From the human T2T-CHM13v2.0 reference genome, Homo sapiens, in the NCBI RefSeq assembly GCF_009914755.1, contig NC_060931.1: a stretch of 64,000 nucleotides of DNA; one strand, written 5' to 3'. A model generated the notes under the pieces. That model saw only the letters and a list, made by a program, of their open reading frames with translations. It was not told where the DNA came from and did not search any database. Below, piece after piece: positions 55,819 through 64,000 of the stretch. Numbering within the stretch: the stretch's first letter is position 1; each line of letters begins with the position of its first letter. The position numbers and the translations under genes were made by a program.

Positions 55819-57432
55819 TACAAATGACTTGTTTTTAATGTCTTCATATTTTATGCTAAGAACTTTGCTGATTCCTGAAATCTGAGGAAACAAGACATTA
55901 GATTTTAAATTCTATCTGGGCATACAGGAGTACTTAAGTTTTTCAGAGATATGGATGTTTTGTAGTAAAAATCTATTCACTCCCTCTACTTAGTTAGACC
56001 CTCAATCATCACTGCTTAACCAAAACTGCAACCACACATGTGGTTTCTTGTGGGTCTTTTGCATGTTTCTTGGAGTGAGCAAGAGTTCAGCCATGATGTT
56101 CCTGTGTTTAATCAGAACTATATGCATTCTCTGCATCATCTCAACTATCTTCCTTTTACGCCATTCTTGCCGTAGTGACCAGTTCCAACTTGTACTTGGG
56201 CACAGCTTCTCCACAGCTGATCCTATTCATAAATGATTATTCTAGCAGTCTGAAGACCTGGGCTCATTCCCAGCTCTACTCCCCATGGGCAATGTGAACA
56301 AAGATGGCAGCCACTGCCCCACTAGGCCTCACCTGCCACTGCAGGGTCCGAGACAGAAGGAATCAGCACTTATGGACCGTCTCAGTACACTCATTGTACA
56401 TTCATTGTACATAAGTTCATCTCTCTGCACATAATAAGATTGTGGACATGATTTACTGGCCTATGCTCAGCATCAAAGAATGGCCCAGGTGTGGCATGAA
56501 ATAGACCTGCATCTCTCCAACCTGGCTACTTTTCTCCGGCCATGGCTGACATCTCCCTAGGTCCCTGGAGGAAACAAGGGACAATGAAGTCATTGGCATA
56601 TGAACATTATGTCCTCATTATTTCTCCTATGTCTTGACTCTCTAAGCCACATGCTCTTCTTTTTTTTTTCCTTTAAGCACATGTTAATAACATTATGCCA
56701 TGATTTACTAATACAGTCTTCATGGAATTGACACTGAAAAATGTTTTGGAAAAACTAGAAAGCTAATTTTAGAATGATAAAGGAACTACTTGTCCATTTA
56801 AGATGCATCCTTTCATTGAGTTGCCTTTATGAACAAACTTAGACTCATAAAGTAGAAAAAGATCTTAAAACATTGGAGCATGACAACCTAGGGTTAAAAA
56901 TTTGATTCCAGCAATATTCCTAACTTGCTTAAATGAAGGTTACCTGAGGCAAAGCCTGGAGAAAACACAGTTAGGTATCACTATGAGCCTTCATTATCTA
57001 CTCGGGCCACATTTTTAGTCCCCTCCTCCCACCTGTATGGCACAGAATACCACATGGCACTATCTCTTAAAAGATATGATCTGGAAGGAGGTTATTTCAT
57101 TCTAGAAGCAATGGGAACCATTCTGTGTCTCTCAGACAGATAGCAAACTTACATGCACAGCATTCTATACATACAAGAACACATCAAAAGGAACACATCA
57201 AAAGGATCACATCTGGTTTGCCCTTTAATTGTCACCATATCCTAATGTAAGAAGACCCAGAGGAATATAAACACATTCAACACAAGCTGGTTCTATCACA
57301 GATTATTAAAAGTTAGAAATCTCTTTGATGTTATATGCATATAGACAGATATAGCTTGGTGTCAAGTCACTATCACATCTCCTTTTTAAATTCTCTGCAT
57401 GACAATTACTATATGTTAATAGTCTGTATGAG

Positions 57433-57453
57433 TGTGTGTGTGTGTGTGTGTGT
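57433..57453. repeat. (TG)n microsatellite
   Basis: direct reading. Confidence 0.85.
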
Positions 57454-58619
57454 TAGTATGTTTATTATTAATCTCTTTAACAAGTCTGTATTTCATGAGA
57501 ATACAGATCAACTGAGAAACAAGTTGATCGTCAAGTTCATTTGAGGTATAAATGATTATGGGATCTAAGGAGGAATTTCATGCTCTGATCTATACCTCCC
57601 AGTTATATCTGCAGACCCAGATTGATGCAGCACCCAGGGCAGTCCCTGGTGTAGAGCAAGCGTTTCATAAACAAAGGCCTGCTGATGTAGCCAGTAGGTT
57701 ACCAGAGTTTGCAAACCCTTCCTTGGGCTTCATAATAATTTATGTCTCAAATTAACTTGAGGGTTGACTTGTTGCTTTATCCCAGAAAATTCACATTAGT
57801 TTTTTGCTCAGTTTTTCTGGAAGGAAGTCAAATTTGAAACTTCAAAGACGGAGCTCCCTTGACCCTGTCGAGACAGAGAGAGAAAAATCATTCAAGCATT
57901 GGTGTGCCACATGACAGCATTGTTCAAAGCAGAGAGATAAAAATTCGGCTGAGGAATTTTATCTACACTTGCTATAAATGGGCTTATAAATGTAGAGAAA
58001 ACTGTAGCGCAGGAGCACTCAGCTATGATAAGAAGTAAAGAGGGGCAGGAAAGAGGGCATATTCACTTCAATTTTTAGGCATCAAAATGAGTCCTAATAT
58101 CTAGGGCTATCTGGAGGCCAAGTCTAAATTCTGTGTTTCCTTCAGTTGAGCTAATTTCCTCACCACTAATTAAAATAGTTGTCTGACAGCTTCCATGTTG
58201 CCCATAAAACTCCCAATTTTCTGTGTTTGTTGTTCAGCCATGCCTCAGCTAACCTCCATTTACAAAACACTGAGGCAAGCTTCCAAGGAACGCAGGACAA
58301 AATGCCCACTACCTTTTCCTCTGTTATCACTAGGATACTGTAATAGTCAAGCCCTAGCACAGCAGTGGAGTGAGATTTGAAGCTAGAGATAACATTAACA
58401 CCTTTTTTTTTGTTTCTTTTGATCTTAAGAAAGAAAAACAAAAACAAAAACAAACAAACAAAAAAACAGGATTTTAATGGAGGGGGAGAGTAATGGGCCT
58501 GATTCTTCTCATCTATTCCTAATTCTCTTTGCTATTATCTTTGATGGTAAAGGCAGTTCCTTTCTCAGCATCATTTCTGACATCTTACTCCATACCTAGT
58601 GAGGCCAAAACCTGGTGCA

Positions 58620-59570
58620 TGCAGATTAAGATTGGGAGAAGGGCCACATGCAGGGCTGGAATCCAGGCCCTTTTAGTCAAATGCCACATTATTTTCCAAA
58701 TTGTTGCATCTTACCAGAAGTTCCTGTGATCCATGTTGGCACTGCTGCCCATATTAACTTTTGCCAATCAAGTCAGCATAAAACTTTATCTCATGGTGTT
58801 TGATTCACATATCTGTGATCACTAGGAAGTAGACCAACTTTTCATTTTTATATTGGCCATTCATGTTTTCGTCCTCAGTGAAGTGTTATTTGTGGTTTTT
58901 GTCCACTTTTTTGAGTGGTTTGTCTTTTGCTCTTTATTTTTACAGACAGATGATTGATAGATAGATAGATGATAGATAGATAGATGCTGATCACATTGTA
59001 GTATATGTAATATGTGTTACAAATATTTTCTCCACATTTTTAGCTTTTTTTTTTTTTTTTTTTACTTTTTCTAAGACAGTCTGTGATAACCAGATGTTTG
59101 TAATCTCAACATAGTGGGCTCATCAATCACGTCTTTTGTGATTTAGCGCTTTTTGTGTCTTGCTTATGAAATCCTTCTTAACCCTAAGGTCAGAATGATT
59201 TTCATCTACAGTGCTTCTACCAATTTTAAAGCTTTGCTTCTGACATTTAAATTCCTAATCCATCTGGACTTAATTTTTCTACAGTGAGAGGTAGAAACTG
59301 ATTTAATTAATTCCATGTAGAAAGACATTTTCTTAGCTGCATACATTATGTAGCTCTTCCTTTAGACAATGAACTGCCATAGCATATCATCATTTATCAA
59401 CATTTCAAATGGTTTTCAGTCTCTTTCTATATTCTACACTATTTCGATATAGTCTCTTTCTATATTCTTCACTATTTCTGTTATAAAAATAAAATAATTG
59501 CTAGAGTAACATAACTTGATCAACCTCAGTAGTGTCTGCTTTTGTTTCTTTATAACTGAGAGTTCTTTAA
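58620..59570 (-). mobile_element. L1ME ORF2 3' fossil containing (GATA)n (~58950-58985) and a T-run
   Basis: ccacattattttccaaa, tatctcatggtgtttgattcacat, tattggccattcatgttt, gtgtcttgcttatgaaatcctt. Confidence 0.75.
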
Positions 59571-60254
59571 AGATAGGAGCCTGTGGTTCACCAGGTAGCA
59601 CCTCCCCTGATTGACTCCGCATCTCACTTCACTGCTCTCAGTTTTCCCCTGCAAAACAGTTGCATTGTACTCAGTAACTTACAAGTTTTCTTCTTAGCTC
59701 AATTGTCTCTTATTACAAATGAATTCAATCTAATAATCCTGTAATTGAAAGCCAAATTAGACTTATTAACTCAGAACTTCCATTCCCAGGATTTGCCAGG
59801 TGGTTGGGTGTTAATGGTTACTATTATTGTATGTTATTTACTGGATGTGTAACATTCACAACTTAAATTTTTTTATAAAAATGATTCACTATTCATAATA
59901 TATACTCTGACCACATTTAAAAGGTTTGGAGACTCTGCATACATTTACTAGAATTTAAAACACAAAAAAGGTAACATACACCAAAATTCATATTGATATA
60001 GCTACCATATGGTAACAAACTGACAATGCCCATAATAATCATTACATTCAGTTTGACTATTCTAGAAGCAAAGACAAAACATTATGGACTCTCCAACTTA
60101 ATTGTTTGATAAAATTTAGCTGGCAAACTTCTGAGCAAAGATCAAAGATGTAGTGATAAATTGCTGAAGTGAGGGTTGTCATGAAAAAAAAATAAAGCTT
60201 ACAAAATCTAAAAACATACTCTTATTAATACAACACGCTTTCAATTAAACACCA

Positions 60255-60400
60255 AAGTATTATCATTTTACAGATGAAACAACTGAGGATAAGAGAGACC
60301 AATTACAATTACTTAAAATTATTCACCTTCCAAGTGCCCGAGCAAGGTCTCAAACATAGATTCACTGAGATCTTAAAATTTCAATCTCTTTCCACTATGC
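60255..60400 (-). mobile_element. MIR
   Basis: tatcattttacagatgaaacaactgagg...tctctttccactatgc. Confidence 0.7.
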
Positions 60401-61711
60401 TTATAATAAATTCAAAGTTCAGTTTAATATTAGGACCTTATCCCAGGACATTGGCCAGCCTGTGAGCAATGCCGGTGATAGCATTTATTCAAAAATGTAG
60501 TGACTTTTCCTTGTATTAACTTTATGTAAAACACTCATAGAAACGATGCAAGTACGTTGCTTATGTTAGGGGAATGAGGGAGACTGAGCAAATGAAACTC
60601 AAAGTTCATAAAAATGTGCCCCAGAGAAGATGGAAGAATAGATGGTTGACCTGTTCCTGCCTTTATCTCTCTCAAATATCAGTCTCCTCAACCAGGTCTC
60701 TGATAGGAATTGGAAAGCAACCCATCCAAAATTGGTCTTCCTTGGCAAGCTGAAGTAATAAACACCATTAAATAAATTTATTGTGCGCTGTTGCAACATG
60801 CTGTAACCTGCATGTGTGATAACAGAAGTGCTGTGTGGTCCAGTAATTTTGGTTAATGTTTTCATCAGAAAAGGGCAGGTACCTTCCAGTTTCGTCTCAT
60901 GAGTTACTGTTAATAAGTTTTAACTTCAGTAAACATTAAGCTTTGAATTGTAAAAAAATCTCCACTAAATACCGTGATTATAGTCGGTCTTTACCTAACA
61001 CCCTGTAGAAGACCCGCTGCTGAGGCTCATTAAGGTCCAAATGAAGCCAGAGTGACCCTACCGTCTTCTTCATCTTCCTCATCAATGAGGTACTAAAACC
61101 CTCTTCCAGCCCTGGACTTTGTTTCCATGGGTGAATTTCCTGGACACGTCGAACTGTTTTAACCTCAGGTGTTTACTGGCAATTTTATGTTGCACATCTT
61201 CCCAATTCTTTTAGGCTTTTTAATTTATGTGACCTTGTGTAAATGCTCACTGGTGGCACAACATTCCTATAAATCAAAATTATCCACAAGCTGTACAAAA
61301 AAAAAATTTCCCTCTTAAAAATTAGAAATAAAAATGCTAAGAAAGATTTAGAAATGGCCTTGGATCTAAATTTGGAGTGGACTTTCTTTTCAAAATGTGC
61401 CTTGATTTAGAATTTTTATATTTTCAGTCTGTCAGTGAGTAATTTACACACGTCCCTTTGTTCTAGGCATTTTAGCAGGTTTTATAGGAATCGTAGGAAT
61501 AATAACTGGGCTCTTGGCTGAATCCTTTCATTTTTTAAAAAATTTCTTTCCTTTTCCTGGAATATTCTTTCCTTCTCTTGCCCGCTGAAATCAGGAGCTT
61601 TGGCTACCTCTATTTTTACCCTCTTTTAGAAATCTTCTCCAATTCTTCAGACAGAAATGGGGATCTTATAAGTTTTTAAGACAGCTGTGGTCTTATAGTA
61701 GCAATCTGGAC

Positions 61712-62620
<909 letters not shown>

Positions 62621-62744
62621 AGCATTTAGCATTGTAGCCCCTCCTTCATCTTTACTTACTCTCTCATATTATTTCTGTACAATTTTTTCTCTCTGTTTGT
62701 AATACAAAACAATGGTGTTATGTGAAGTAGAAATCTATAGGAAT

Positions 62745-62910
62745 TTTTGTTTTGTTTGTTTTGTTTTGTTTTGTTTTGTTTTGTTTTGTTTTGTTTTTGC
62801 AGATGGACTCTCTCTATATTGCCCAGGCTGGTCTCAAACTCTTGGCTCAAGTGATCCTCCCACCTCAGCTTCTCAAGTAGCTGGGATTACAGACAAGCAC
62901 TACCAGATGA
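62745..62910 (-). mobile_element. FLAM with (TTTTG)n tail
   Basis: monomer tatattgcccaggctggtctcaaactcttggctcaagtgatcctccc; TSD-like tagaaatcta. Confidence 0.85.
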
Positions 62911-62969
62911 ATTAGAAATCTAAAAACATAAGCAGAAACACTCTAAGAGGCAGAGAGGAGTTAGAAGAG

Positions 62970-63022
62970 TTTTTTTTTGTTTTGTTTTGTTTTGTTTTGT
63001 TTTGTTTTGTTTTGTTTTGTTT
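62970..63022. repeat. (TTTTG)n microsatellite
   Basis: direct reading. Confidence 0.9.
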
Positions 63023-63029
63023 GGCAGTA

Positions 63030-63735
63030 AGCGACATAAAGATTATAATTCAAAAGGTCCAGGGTAATGGCCCAAAGGAATTCACAGATTCTTCATTAAA
63101 AACCCTGAATGCCAGTGGTGATGAGGCCTTTGGAAATGCAACTCCATTTGTACTAAGCGTAATCCCTAATTGGATTAAAATAATCATTTACCACCTGACC
63201 AGTGAAGGGAAGAGTAAATCTTCTTTAGAGGAATACATTATCTGAAGACTTTCCAATTTTAAATTATACAATAAGTTGCATTCAAAAAATACTATTTAGT
63301 CTGAAAGATAGGATTACATAAGCTATAGTTGAGGACAAAAATAGATAATACAAACAGACCCATGGACCAACCAGATGTGGAAGTTAGCTGGCCAAAATAT
63401 TAAAATACTTGTGCTTAATGTGCTCAAAAAAATGATAAACAAAATTAGCCAAAAAAAATGGAAAATTAATCAAATGAGAATTGTAATCTTTAAAAATAAC
63501 CAAATAACTTTAGGGAAAAAAAAACAAGAAGACATGATATCTGAAATAAGAACTTATAAGATAGATCTAACAGCAGATGAACAAAACAGAAATAGGGTTA
63601 CATATGAGTGAAAAACAATCAGAAACTATCCAATATCCAGTAGAAAATATCTAATCTAAAGCATAGAGAAAAAAAGTGTAAATACGAAGGAGAATGTTAA
63701 AGAAATATGAAACTTAATGAAAAAATGTAACCTAG
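63030..63735 (+). mobile_element. HAL1/L1M ORF1-region fragments
   Basis: cacagattcttcattaaaaaccctgaatgccag; aaacagacccat..ccagatgtggaagttagc..gcttaatgtgctcaaa. Confidence 0.6.
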
Positions 63736-63860
63736 TGTGGGAGGCAGCCTTTAAAATGGGTCTCAATTATCTATACCTCCTGCTACACACACACCCTTTT
63801 GTGATCACATCCCTTTGATGCGGGCTGCACCTAGTTATAATTTCTAATAAGTAGAATACT
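63736..63860 (+). mobile_element. MLT1F-type LTR 5' fragment
   Basis: tgtgggaggcagcctttaaaatgg...cacaccctttgtgatc...gcgggctgcacctag. Confidence 0.65.
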
Positions 63861-63874
63861 TGAAAAGAAATGAT

Positions 63875-64000
63875 ATTTTTTAAGATAAAGCAATTGAGGC
63901 ACAAAGAATTTATGTAACTTACCACAGGTCATCCATATAACAATGGGAGAGCCAAAATTTAAGCCAGGTTTGGTTTAAGAGTCCATTTTCATAGCACCTC
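63875..64000 (-). mobile_element. MIR
   Basis: ttttaagataaagcaattgaggcacaaagaatttatgtaactt...gagccaaaatttaagccagg. Confidence 0.75.

Overview
Primate (most likely human) non-coding genomic DNA, AT-rich and dominated by interspersed repeats. It holds about 13 dimeric Alus (AluJ/S/Y), 3 FLAM monomers and one Alu stump, several L1 fossils (L1PA7, L1MA, L1MB, L1MC3, L1MD/ME, HAL1-like), L2/MIR/L3 remnants, MaLR and ERVL LTRs (THE1B, MSTA/B, MLT1A/B/E/F/G-H, LTR16A) and DNA transposons (Tigger3b, MER6, MER58A, MER85, MER102). I found no credible protein-coding exon, RNA gene, CpG island or processed pseudogene; the ORF track consists of short chance ORFs, mostly in repeats. I cannot name the locus, which could be intergenic or a long intron. 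The most interesting directly visible structures are: an ancient 5'-inverted (twin-primed) L1MA with a surviving TSD and a nested L1PA7; a piggyBac MER85 MITE; a CAG|GTAAGA dual splice site (recursive-splicing-like) closing a candidate + strand non-coding exon; an LTR-internal-LTR MLT1 provirus; a ~310 bp pure-purine compound microsatellite between tail-to-tail Alus; and several repeat-free, motif-dense enhancer candidates. No clearly novel biological system is supported. Subfamily calls were made by eye against remembered consensus sequences, and boundaries of old elements are approximate.
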